57,069 nt of DNA from Alloascoidea hylecoeti (lineage: Eukaryota): the NCBI GenBank assembly GCA_001600815.1, contig BCKZ01000045.1:1-57069 (forward strand), given 5' to 3'. Position numbers and translations under genes: made by a program. Positions 11,574 through 22,880 of the stretch are shown piece by piece (the stretch's first letter is position 1; each line of letters begins with the position of its first letter). Below the pieces are notes generated by a model. It was not told the DNA's origin. It did not search any database and was given only the letters and a program-made list of their open reading frames with translations.

Positions 11574-11994
11574 TTAACACTTAAGACCAGGTAAAATAAG
11601 AGTACAGATAATAAGATATTTTCTGCACTTTTTGTAATTATCAATTAATTGTTCATCTAATTTAGAAAACCACTCGTTACCAACAATTTCATGAGGACCA
11701 GATTGAACTAAATAAGATGGGTTCTTGATATCTTGATCCTCAGCATCTAATTGATCAGAGACTTTGAGTAAGAGATCCAATTTTTTAGAATTAGACCAAA
11801 AATACGGATGTTATTAATACTTCACTTCCATCTGGTCTTGCAATTGGATCTTTTAAAACCATAGATGATATAAGATCAGATGCTTCAAAATTTCCTTTTT
11901 TAAAATTCTCTAATAATAGGTTGTGAATCATTTGAAGTGTATTAACATGTACGCTATTTTCATTTACATTCAATGGTTGTGAAATCCTGGTCAT
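11574..11994 (-). pseudogene. IRE1: IRE1-like fragment (kinase C-lobe end plus start of the KEN RNase domain), frameshifted
   Basis: EASDLISSMVLKDPIARP..EVLI/HPYFWSNSKKLDLLLKVSDQLD...WFSKLDEQLIDNYKKCRKY matches the Ire1 kinase-KEN junction. There is a frameshift at about 11810 and the rest of the gene is absent. Confidence 0.75.
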
Positions 11995-12861
11995 ATTGGA
12001 CTCTTTTTATTTAAAATAAAGGTGATTGTTCAATTATTCACAAAGGAGATGAAGAGGAATAAATACGGCTTTTAGTTTCTTTAATATGATGAATAGTTAC
12101 TTAATTGTTTTGACTTGAAGATGACACATTGAAGTCCACATAGATAGAGATATATCAAGTGTTCCGGTATAGGTATTGATTATTTATAAGGATAAGAAAT
12201 ACAACAAATATCAAAGAGAAAACACAAACTCTCACAATAATGTCTCTATAGTCGATAACTCGATAATCAGTAGCTAAACCAAAAATGATGAACTATCTGA
12301 AACTAGCCTATTTTTCAGTTCAATCAATAACTTGTTAAGATTAAAAAATCCACTCTTGAAGACCAAATATAAGATTTTTTGGTCCAATTTATATAATCTA
12401 TGTAATCCGCAAGTTTGGTAGATTTCTCCCGGGCTTGCCTGTCCCATACATTACGTGTGTCAGTGTTTATAATTTCCTTTTAGTGGAGGATTATATCACC
12501 AACACAGATATAAACATACCCAAAAGCAAAATAAACATGTCCTAATAAATAAATAGTTTAGTTATGGTTTTTTTATTTTACAGGAATTTATGTGAAAATT
12601 ACTACAATCTCGTACGAGAACAATAGCTAGGCGCTAAAAGATTTAATTGGTATAATTATGAAGATATATATATTATTTAATATCATTGTTGATCTCACCC
12701 GTCTTGACTCCTGGATTTTATAACCAGTTAAGGGCATTTTCATTAAGATCCCCTTTTATATTAATACCAGTACTTATATTCCAATACAACCATTCAATCA
12801 TTGATACTTGTTTCAACCATTAATATTGATTATATTCAACCATCAACACTTGATTCTCAAT

Positions 12862-15021
12862 ATGGTCTTTAATGTCTTGGAATCTTCCGAAAGGAAAGAA
12901 TTAACAGCTTCAAATCTCCCCTTTGAAATCACAAAACTTGAGAATATAATAATCACATTAAAAGATGGATGTAAACTTTCTGCTCATATTTGGATCCCCA
13001 AAAAAGCATTAATTGAAAAAGAAAAATTTAAAATTGGTTCAATCGTTGAGTATATACCATATCGAAAAAATGATTTTACTGCTGTTAGAGATTCAATACG
13101 TCATCCTTTTTTCGCAGGTAATGGATTTGCAAGTATTAGAATTGATATGAGAGGAACAGGAGATTCTGATGATTGGTTAAAAGATGAATATTTAAAACAA
13201 GAACAAGATGATTGTTTAGAAGTTTTTGATTGGATTATTCTTCAATCTTGGTCAAATGGTTCAATTGGAATGTTTGGAAAATCATGGGGTGGTTTTAATA
13301 GTTTACAAGTTGCAGCTAGAAATCATAATTCATTAAAATGTATTATAACTTTAATGTCAACTGATGATAGATATTCTGATGATGTTCATTATAGAGGTGG
13401 TACATTATTAGCATCTGATATGTTATGGTGGGCATCAACAATGTTTGCATATAATGCAAGACCACAAGATCCAAAAATTGTTGGTTCAAAATGGAAAGAA
13501 AATTGGTTAGAACGTTTAAAAACTCCACCGAATGTAATTGAATGGGTTAAACATCAAAAAAGAGATGAATATTGGAAACATGGTTCAATTTGTGAAAATT
13601 ATAATGATATTAAAATTCCTGTTTTGGCAATTGGTGGTTGGAGAGATGGATACACAAATCCTGTTTTTAGAATGTGTGAATTTTTAAGTAATAATGAATC
13701 AAAATTTATAATTGGTCCTTGGTGTCATGAATATCCTGAAGTTGCAACTCCAAAACCTGCAATTGGATTTCAACAAATTGCATTATTATGGTGGAAGAAA
13801 TATTTATCAAATGAAGATGAAGAAATTAAATTACCAAAATTTACTGCTTATATTCAATATCCATCAGATTCAATTGATGAATCATATAATTATAGAGATG
13901 GTAAATGGATTGGATTAAAATCATATTCTTCAAATTTTGATAATAATAATACAATTGAAAAGATGATTTTTAATTTAAATGATACTGGATTACTTGATAC
14001 TTCCTCAACTATAGTTAAAGATAATAATGAAGATTCAATTTTAAAATTTAGTGGAGATCAAGGTCATGGTTTAAATCGTGGAAATTGGTGTCCATTTGGT
14101 CAACCAGATGATTTACCAACAGATCAAAAATTAGAAAATTCAAAATGCCTAATGTTTAAATCAAAACCATTTAAAAAATCAATTGAATTTTTTGGGCAGC
14201 CTATTGTTAACCTAACTATATCATCAGATAAAAAAATTTCATTAGTATCATGTAGAATCAATGATTATAATCCAAAGAATAATAGTTCAATATTAATTAG
14301 TTGGGGGATTTTAAATTTATCACATAGAAATTCAAATGAATTTCCTGAATATTTAATACCAAATAAAAAATATAAAATATCTATTAAACTTGATGTTTTA
14401 GGTATTAAATTTGAAAAAGGACATATTTTAGAATTATCTTTATCAACTACTGATTGGCCACAAGCATGGCCAACACCTGAAGTTTCAACAATATCATTGT
14501 ATACAAATGAAAGTGAATTAATTTTACCTGTTTTAAAAACAGATGAAGATAATAATGATATTATTGCTAAGGTTGAATTACCACCACCACAATGTATGAT
14601 TCCAACAAAAAGAGAAATTTTAAGAAAAGAAAATAGAAAAAAAATTATAAATTTTAATAATGAAACTGGAGAATATATAATTGATGATTATTCAGATGAA
14701 GGGAATTTAAAATTAATTAAAAATGGTAAGTTATCAAATATTGAATATGGATCAATTAATAAAAATAAATGGATTATTAAAAAAAAAGAACCATTAAGTG
14801 CTTTTAATAAATGTGAATGGGAATTAAATTTAGGTCGTGATAATGATTGGCAAATTAAAATTATAACAAAAAGTATAATGAAATGTGATTATGAAAATTT
14901 TTATTTAATTAATGAATTGAAAGGATTTGAAAGTGGTGGGGTTAAGGATGATGGGGATTATGATTTTAAATTGATTGCTGATTATAAGTGGGAAGATACT
15001 ATTAAAAGGGATTTTATTTAG
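12862..15021 (+). CDS. CocE/NonD-family serine hydrolase (peptidase S15-like)
   Basis: Motifs EYIPYRKND, IDMRGTGDS, nucleophile elbow GKSWGG, IGGWRDGY, IGPWCH and a C-terminal PepX-like domain. No introns. ATG at 12862. Confidence 0.9.
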   Translation: MVFNVLESSERKELTASNLPFEITKLENIIITLKDGCKLSAHIWIPKKALIEKEKFKIGSIVEYIPYRKNDFTAVRDSIRHPFFAGNGFASIRIDMRGTGDSDDWLKDEYLKQEQDDCLEVFDWIILQSWSNGSIGMFGKSWGGFNSLQVAARNHNSLKCIITLMSTDDRYSDDVHYRGGTLLASDMLWWASTMFAYNARPQDPKIVGSKWKENWLERLKTPPNVIEWVKHQKRDEYWKHGSICENYNDIKIPVLAIGGWRDGYTNPVFRMCEFLSNNESKFIIGPWCHEYPEVATPKPAIGFQQIALLWWKKYLSNEDEEIKLPKFTAYIQYPSDSIDESYNYRDGKWIGLKSYSSNFDNNNTIEKMIFNLNDTGLLDTSSTIVKDNNEDSILKFSGDQGHGLNRGNWCPFGQPDDLPTDQKLENSKCLMFKSKPFKKSIEFFGQPIVNLTISSDKKISLVSCRINDYNPKNNSSILISWGILNLSHRNSNEFPEYLIPNKKYKISIKLDVLGIKFEKGHILELSLSTTDWPQAWPTPEVSTISLYTNESELILPVLKTDEDNNDIIAKVELPPPQCMIPTKREILRKENRKKIINFNNETGEYIIDDYSDEGNLKLIKNGKLSNIEYGSINKNKWIIKKKEPLSAFNKCEWELNLGRDNDWQIKIITKSIMKCDYENFYLINELKGFESGGVKDDGDYDFKLIADYKWEDTIKRDFI

Positions 15022-15599
15022 GAGGAAAATATATATACATGGAAATTAGTACAATTACCACTTCATAAAATGTGGATATCATTGACATTGGATACAGATA
15101 TTACTAGTTATTGTTTGAAATTTAAATTTCTTAAAATTATTAACTCTATAATTGTAAGATATTAATGACATAGATTTCATAACACACTCCACAATCATCG
15201 ATATCAAAAATGGTAAAAACACAAGACCACTATGAGCCCTTGCATCAAGGGATACCACCTAAATGCCATGATTATAAGTCATCTACCATCCAAATACTTT
15301 GATCAGTTGGATTACTAGGGATCCTGGATTGATGTAGAAATGAGATCTAAGTTATCATCTAACACAAAGTTTCTATGGCTCAAATCTCAAAATCATTGTC
15401 GTTAGGTTCATCTTTCTATTAACCACAGATACTTTCTCAATTGATTATAATCTGGTTTAGCAGTGACCGCCTGATTTTTAACCTCGTTATTACATTTAAT
15501 TCTTTCATTTATCTCATCGTGGATAATTGATTACTTAGATCATTATATTAACCAACTGTTGGAATTTTTATAACAATTTGGACCCTGCCCATAATTAAT

Positions 15600-16150
15600 A
15601 TCTGCTTTCATTTTGGAAACCTAAGATAGATATATTATGGTATTTTGTTATCAATTTAGTAGAGATATTCAATAGTGACTGTACAACTTTTCTACAAACT
15701 ATAATATCTTTTAGGACATTCTAAATGAATGCGTTTAGTTACAAACTTGAAATTTAATGAAATTAAACTTGAGGCATAGCAATCCTCCTTTCAAACTGAT
15801 AATTTATCAATTATGAAATAATTTTAATTTTGGAAAATTTTAAATAGATATTCTTTATTTTGATACATATCATTTCAGTTATTCATTGAACTTGTAAAAC
15901 AGGATATTATGCTACAAACTTAAATATACCATTAAACTTTTTTAGAAAAATATTAGATTTAAATGGAAACATGGCGAGTTTTCCCTATTCCCTATCAACT
16001 TGGAATTTATTTTTCAATTAAACTTGAGTAATAGCAATCTTTGTTTTTATAATTGACAAAACTGTAAGACCTAATCTTAGATATTTCAAACAAATTTTAA
16101 TGGCTATTGTAAAACAAGAAAACTTGCTAGACTTAAATATGGGTGCCATT
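15600..16150 (-). repeat. Copy of the dispersed AT-rich repeat family (inverted homolog of 40850-41360)
   Basis: The reverse complement shares blocks such as GCCTCAAGTTTAA, AAATTTCAAGTTTGTAACTAAACG and CCTAAAAGATATTA with 41160-41250. Confidence 0.7.
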
Positions 16151-19027
16151 ATATATGCAATATTATGCATAGCATTATTGTCTCTGTGAAACGAGAGTTA
16201 CTAGATTCCCAATTAAGTGTCAATTTAAGTTCGTCACAAATGTCCAATTTACTTAAGAAAAATGAACATTTTGTTTTGGCGTTAACTAGTGGGGACGCTT
16301 TTAACTACCGTAATGTGTGGGTGTGTGTTATTAGATATGTAGCCATTTTCAGTTTGAAAATCACCTACTAGTATTCCTCTACTGATTCTTAACATTCATA
16401 CTGTTTTAGGACAGGTAATAATAGCCACAAGGTAAATTATATGTATTTTTACAGATCATCAAGTAGAGAAAACAGGTAGTTCCTTCTTTGCAATTGGGTG
16501 CTCTACTATATCGACTCTTCTCTCAGCTGCACTGATATGACATGATATGATATTTTGACTTTGAAATTTATTTTATTTCTTGGATCATTTCCTTTACGGT
16601 TCCGGGAACTTCTATGATTCAATGAGCGGTTGTAACTATTTCTGCTAAACCACTTGAGCACCTCGCCGAAGCTTACGTAGTATCTCCCAGGATATTTCGA
16701 ATATGGTTTAATTGCAATTGATATCTATAGCGAAGTAAGAGTGAAAGGTGGACATTTTGCGATTTAATAGATGTTTGTTTAATATCATGATTGGCAACTC
16801 TTTCTCTTAAATTATATCTTAATAATGGTTGATCTGATGGTCTCCATCGCTCTCGTTAGATTTAGAAAAGATGCTGTCAGTCATAGATAAATTTGAAGGG
16901 CTCAACGCAGTACCACTGCAAAATATGTACAGTCTGTGAATACAAGTAACAACAATTCTTAGAAAAGTTATCACTTTTTTTAATAGTCTGGTCTTTTGTA
17001 GCTGTATATGACAAAGTTTTTGCATCCTTTGACTTGTTGGGGATGTTTGAGTGGATCCCTTCCAAATGAGCCCCATTTGTCGGTTCATCAATCAGATTTA
17101 TTAAATCTATAGCTTTTATTCCTTGAATTATTAGCCGATTTACCTTTTATATTTTCTTTATAGTAGTAAGGAAGAGAGATTTCAAGTTTGTAGATGAATC
17201 ACTGATTGGATTGTGATCGGATAAATTAGTAAATAATCTATCAACAATTCTTAGCCATTTCATAAAAGTTCTCTACTACTTCATTTTCCTGAGAAGCTGA
17301 AAAGATTTTGGTTTTTGTTATTAAACTCCTCGGTTGAAGGATTTTTATCTAAATCATTCCTAAGGGAATATCTGTTAACAGCGGAGTCCTTTACAATATT
17401 GTTACGGGATATGACATTTCTCATCTGGGAATGAACGGTGTTGTGATCGAATCTAATCTCACTGATTATTGTCATAATAACATAAATCCATGTTTTAATG
17501 CTTCACTAAAGAAGTTATTAACATTCCATTCTCATTTCCTTTACCACCCTACTCAAAACTTCCCGATATCCTGATAATTCTAGTTCATCCTTTTGGACTC
17601 ATATCAGTCATTAAACAGATTAGTATATAATTATGCTTTTCCTGTTTCTCATTAAGTATTTTTTGGCTTGGTGCACGGTTGTGGATTAAAAAGAAAGTAA
17701 GGGTGGTGTGCTGATAAAGACTAATTAAATTATTTACAAGGAATCTGCCTTCTCTTTACCGACTAGGAATCAGGTCTCTAGTCAACATTGACTCAATATT
17801 GCAATTGATCTCTTGACCTAGAAATCTGTCGTAATTTTATAATTCGACCTTGACCTTGAGCTTATAGAATAGAAATGGTTGATTGACGAGGTGGTTGATC
17901 ATTGTCCATCAAAAGGTGGGCGAACTTAAATGGAAGCAACTCCCACATAAAAATAGCTTGAATATTACTATCCATATATTATATTAAAGAGTGTGCCGAA
18001 TTAATATTTTACAGAATTACCAAATTGTGCTAAATAAACCTACCATTATAATTCAAACTAATTATAATGATTCAAAAAGATTACTACTGAATTCCAAAAC
18101 TTTTAGTAGCAGAATACCGAAAATTTACTTCCCTTTATACCAAAACTGTACCCACTTATCCAATTAATTTTCCCACCTCCCTACTGAATTCACAATGGAA
18201 ATACTGTACTGTAATTGCAATTGTGTGTAAAACTCATATTTCAATCATTCATTAACATCTCAATTACAATGATATTAATATTATACATCTATTTGAAGCA
18301 AATAACATTAATAATTATAATGGAATATAATACAAGTTTGAATACGAACAAATGTTAAATAAGAAACCTCATAATTTTTAGACTTTATTTTATGTTTATT
18401 TTATAATAATATGAATTTCAAAAATAATATAATAATTTTATAAATAAAATGAAATGAAAATATGTTATATAATTTATAATATGAAAACAGAATATAATGA
18501 TTTATGATAATAATAGTGATGAATAATTGATAATGAATAAAATGATAATGATGATGATAATAGAAACAAGAGTAATTAATAACATAAAAAGTGATATAAA
18601 TATAATGGAACTGGTATAACATTGAAATAATCAATAGCTAAAAAAGAAAAAGAAAAAGAAAAATATTTTGAAACTGTTTATTCTTATAATCTTCATAATA
18701 CAGTTCATAAGATAAGTAATTTATTGTGTGAATTATCTTATTGATTTGTTTTTTGTTTCAATGAAGTGAATGATGAATGAAGAATGAATATTAATATATA
18801 TAAAATAATGATTAATTTTGAATAATGATGTGTTAAAATATGAATTGATAACCGTTGATGAGTATTTCCAATATTTAAATTTTTTTTTTAATTTTGATTA
18901 ACTTTTGTTTAAAGTGTGTATCAATGCGTGTATCATACAAAATAAAATTACAATCAAATAACAAAATGACCTTTAATTTATAATTTTTAATTTTTTTTAT
19001 TTGTTGTTGTTCAAAAGAATAGATTAG

Positions 19028-22000
19028 TTAATGATGAATCATTGAATAACTCAATGCATCTAATTCATCATCATCATCATAATCATAATCATTTACATTA
19101 ATTTTATTGTTATTATTATTATTAATGATATTACGATGAGGTGATGTATTATAACCAGTCATTGTATGGGTAAAAGAACCAAGCTCTTGTGATGATGGTA
19201 ATTTAATAGATGATCCTAAACCAACAGATGGACCTAATTTTTTTAAACCTATTGAAACATCAAGTTTTAAACCTAATTTTTGAGAAGGACTTAATTTTTG
19301 TTTTTCAATTTCATTATTTTCATTTTCATTTGCATTTTCATTTTCATTTTCTTTATTATTTTGATGGATTTCATTTATTTGATTATGATTATAAATTTTA
19401 AATTTATTAACGTGTAATGTATTATTATTAGATGTATAATTTAAAAATTGAGTTCTTCCGTTTTCATTTTCATTCCCATTATCATTTTCTTTTAAATTTT
19501 CTTTATTTATATCATTTCTTTCTTTATCATTTTTTTCATTTTCTTTATCATTTTTTTTATTATTTTCATTTTCAACATTTAAATTTGTATCATTAATACT
19601 TATAAAATTAGAAGAAATTTTTAAATTCATCAATTCATTTAATCCATTAATATGTTCAAAATCATCATTATCAATATCATTTTCATCATCACTATTATAA
19701 TTTTGACCAATTTCAATTATATCATCTTTACCCAATTCATCAATAATTTCTTGATGTTCACCTTCAATTAAATAATTATCATGATTATTATTATTTAAAT
19801 CATAATTATTAAAATTTGGTTTTTCACCACCTAATGTTGAATTATATTTTTCTCTTATATCCATTAAATTTTCACTTAAATAATTATTCCATTCATCATT
19901 ATTACCAATTGCATCATCAACATCTTGAGAAATCATAAATGATGAAATATGATTATTATTGTTGTTATTTGAATTTGATTCTGAATCATTAAAATCAGGT
20001 ACTAAATTTGTATACATTGTTGTAAATTTAACAACTTCTTCCGAAATTAATGTTAAATGACCCATGTATCCATATCTAAATTGTGTTTCTTTTTCATGTT
20101 TTTCAGAAAGTTTTATAGCATTTAATAAAAAATTAACTAAATCTAAACCACCTTCTTCGTCCACATCCCTAATTTTATCAACATAATCAATTGATGTATT
20201 CAAATTTGAATATTTTGAAAATAAATTTATAGCTAAAAATTTATTATAACCAAAATCCATTGGTCCATTAATAATTTGTTGAATTAAATCAAATATAACA
20301 TTATGTATAAAATTATTATAAGGAAATTTTATAAAATAATATAATATTGTATTTAAAATATTTGTTTTAATTAATTGAATTTTAAAAAAATCTCCAATTG
20401 TTGGTGATTTTTTTAAAAAAATTTCTTCTTTAAATAATTTTTCTTTTAAATTATCTTCAACATTCTCATTTGAAACATTTGCATTATCATCATTATTTGT
20501 ATTAGATGATAAGAATTTCTTTTTTACATTGATTGGACTTTTTAAAGTTGATTCTGATAAATTTGATCTTATTGTTGTTGATTTATTTAATGATGATGAT
20601 GATGTAAATGATTCAATATCATCAACATTTAATATATTATCTTCACAAACTTTATTTAACAATTCATAATTTTCATTTTCATTTGAATCATCATTTTCTT
20701 TATTATCATTTATTGTATTATTTGATGATGCTAATGATGAATAAGGGGATAATGAAGTTGTTATTGTTAATTGATCATTATCAACGATATTTTCTTTATC
20801 ATTTTCAATTTCATCTATTTGTAATTCATTTTCATTTTCATTGGTATTAACTTGTAAATCATCTTGTAAATCATTTTCAAAAGTTTCTAAACTATCATTT
20901 GTTAAAGTTTCTTTATTTTCAGAATTTGAATTTGAAATTGAATTTGAAATTGAATTTGAATCAGTATTTGAATTTGAATTTGATCTTGATCTTGATCTTG
21001 ATTCTGATCTTTCAATAATATCTTTCTTTTCATTATCATCATCATTATCAATTTGTCCAAAAATTTCTCTATTTATTTTAATTTCTCTAATTAAATCTCT
21101 CTCTTTAACAACTTTTTCAACATTTGGTTCATTCATTAAAGACATATTACTACAATGCAATAATTCAGCAATTAATTCACAAATTTTAAATCTTGTAAAA
21201 CCTAAAGGTTCAATGATTTCACCATAACTTGTTTTAAGTTTTTCATTTTCTTCATCTTCATCATTTTCATAATCATTATCTAATAAAATATTATTAAATT
21301 CAAACATTTTAATTGAAAATAAATTTAACATTGATCCTAAAAAAATAGAATCATTAAATGTAGGAGGATGAGATTCAATTGTAACTAACATAAAAGGAAT
21401 ATAATCATAATCTGAATTATTTTTTCTTATAATTTCAATTATTATATCAACACCATTTTTTAAAGAACTTTTACTTTGTAACATATAAGAAATTAATTTT
21501 TCAATAATTGATGATGAAACTAAATTATATGTTAGCATATTTGGACCAATATTTTTATTTTGTAATATATTATTTTGAAATAAATTTGTTTCATCATCTG
21601 AATTGGAAGGTTTTGAACTTATTGAAATTAAAGATTTTAAAAAATCAGTTGCACATGTTTTAATTGATGGATCAATATCAGGTTTTAAAAAATCAATTAA
21701 TTTATCAATAAAGTTTTGTTTATATAAATAAATGATTATATTATTATCATCATTTGTATTATCATTATCATTTTGTTGTTGATTATTTTGATTATTTTGA
21801 TTATTACGATTATTGTAAGTTGATTCATAATTATAATTATCAGTTGCTATAATTTGTAATAATAAATCCATTATTGATTGATTATCAATATGATTTAAAA
21901 ATAAATCAGATAAATTATTTAAAGATTTTAAAAAATTAATTGTTTCAAATTGTCTTCTTAATAAAATATTTGATATAATTTTTGTAAAAGAAGTTGCAAT

Positions 22001-22465
22001 AATTGGTAATAAAGAATGATTATATTCTAAAATTTGAAATAATTTATTCATTGTTGAAAAACTTGAAGTTATTGAGTCTGTTATGTTCCAAATATCAGAA
22101 GATAAGATTTCAGTGGCGATATGTGCATTTTTTAATATTATTGATGTTGATGTGTTTGTTCCAGATCCAGGCGATTTAAAATCATTATCATTTTCAAGAT
22201 CAAGATCATTGTTTATAAGATGATCCTCGTTGTTTATAAGATCAGGGGAATATTCAATAGAGCCAGCTTTATAAATTAGATCAGCCAGTTGATATAAATT
22301 ATCGGCAGAAACGAGAAGATCGATCAGACGGGAATTTCCCGCTTGAAGTTCAGGAATGAGGTCTTGTTCTTTTAAAAGATCATCTAAGGATAAATCCGGA
22401 TCATCCAATAATTTTTGTAAACCATTATAAGAACGGAAATCGGAACCAAATCGCCAAAAGGACAT
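19028..22465 (-). CDS. SIT4 phosphatase-associated protein (SAP155/185/190 family)
   Basis: MSFWRFG start, IEIIRKNNSDYD, EPLGFTRFKICELIAELLHCSNM, FPYNNFIHNVIFD and RYGYMGHLTLISEEVVKF, with long Asn/Asp-rich inserts. Confidence 0.93.
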   Translation of the reverse strand: MSFWRFGSDFRSYNGLQKLLDDPDLSLDDLLKEQDLIPELQAGNSRLIDLLVSADNLYQLADLIYKAGSIEYSPDLINNEDHLINNDLDLENDNDFKSPGSGTNTSTSIILKNAHIATEILSSDIWNITDSITSSFSTMNKLFQILEYNHSLLPIIATSFTKIISNILLRRQFETINFLKSLNNLSDLFLNHIDNQSIMDLLLQIIATDNYNYESTYNNRNNQNNQNNQQQNDNDNTNDDNNIIIYLYKQNFIDKLIDFLKPDIDPSIKTCATDFLKSLISISSKPSNSDDETNLFQNNILQNKNIGPNMLTYNLVSSSIIEKLISYMLQSKSSLKNGVDIIIEIIRKNNSDYDYIPFMLVTIESHPPTFNDSIFLGSMLNLFSIKMFEFNNILLDNDYENDEDEENEKLKTSYGEIIEPLGFTRFKICELIAELLHCSNMSLMNEPNVEKVVKERDLIREIKINREIFGQIDNDDDNEKKDIIERSESRSRSRSNSNSNTDSNSISNSISNSNSENKETLTNDSLETFENDLQDDLQVNTNENENELQIDEIENDKENIVDNDQLTITTSLSPYSSLASSNNTINDNKENDDSNENENYELLNKVCEDNILNVDDIESFTSSSSLNKSTTIRSNLSESTLKSPINVKKKFLSSNTNNDDNANVSNENVEDNLKEKLFKEEIFLKKSPTIGDFFKIQLIKTNILNTILYYFIKFPYNNFIHNVIFDLIQQIINGPMDFGYNKFLAINLFSKYSNLNTSIDYVDKIRDVDEEGGLDLVNFLLNAIKLSEKHEKETQFRYGYMGHLTLISEEVVKFTTMYTNLVPDFNDSESNSNNNNNNHISSFMISQDVDDAIGNNDEWNNYLSENLMDIREKYNSTLGGEKPNFNNYDLNNNNHDNYLIEGEHQEIIDELGKDDIIEIGQNYNSDDENDIDNDDFEHINGLNELMNLKISSNFISINDTNLNVENENNKKNDKENEKNDKERNDINKENLKENDNGNENENGRTQFLNYTSNNNTLHVNKFKIYNHNQINEIHQNNKENENENANENENNEIEKQKLSPSQKLGLKLDVSIGLKKLGPSVGLGSSIKLPSSQELGSFTHTMTGYNTSPHRNIINNNNNNKINVNDYDYDDDDELDALSYSMIHH

Positions 22466-22880
22466 TTCATGAAAATGGAAGAAGAAAGAAAAGAAGAAGA
22501 AATAAAAATAGAAATAGAAATAAAATTTACAATTATAATGTGAGACAAATCAAATTTAAATTCATAAACAAACAAACATCAAACTACTTAACTATTTTTA
22601 TATATTCAACACATAAAATATCTATTATCATTTTTTTCATTTTATTTTATTTATACTTGTTTATTTTATTTAATCATATTTAATTATATTTAATAACAAT
22701 AGATCTGATTTTATTGAATAAAAAATGGCCGTTACATAATCATCGCGTGACACTTACATAATCATTATGTAACATTTCGTTTTAAATTTAAATTTCCAGT
22801 TTTTTTATGTCTTACTCCCAAAAATTTAAAGATTTCCAATTTTACTTCCAATTTTGTTTGCACAAAGATAAAAAAGTGTG

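Noticed and set aside
16400..17500. Several short minus-strand ORFs, possibly a decayed gene
   Set aside because: No recognisable motif and no frame I could reconstruct.
18401..18634. 77-aa Y/I/H-rich ORF
   Set aside because: Low-complexity AT-rich sequence downstream of the SAPS gene.
19210..21227. Plus-strand ORFs with FEFEI/FHFH repeats
   Set aside because: Antisense shadows of Asn/Ser/Glu microsatellite-like codons in the SAPS gene.
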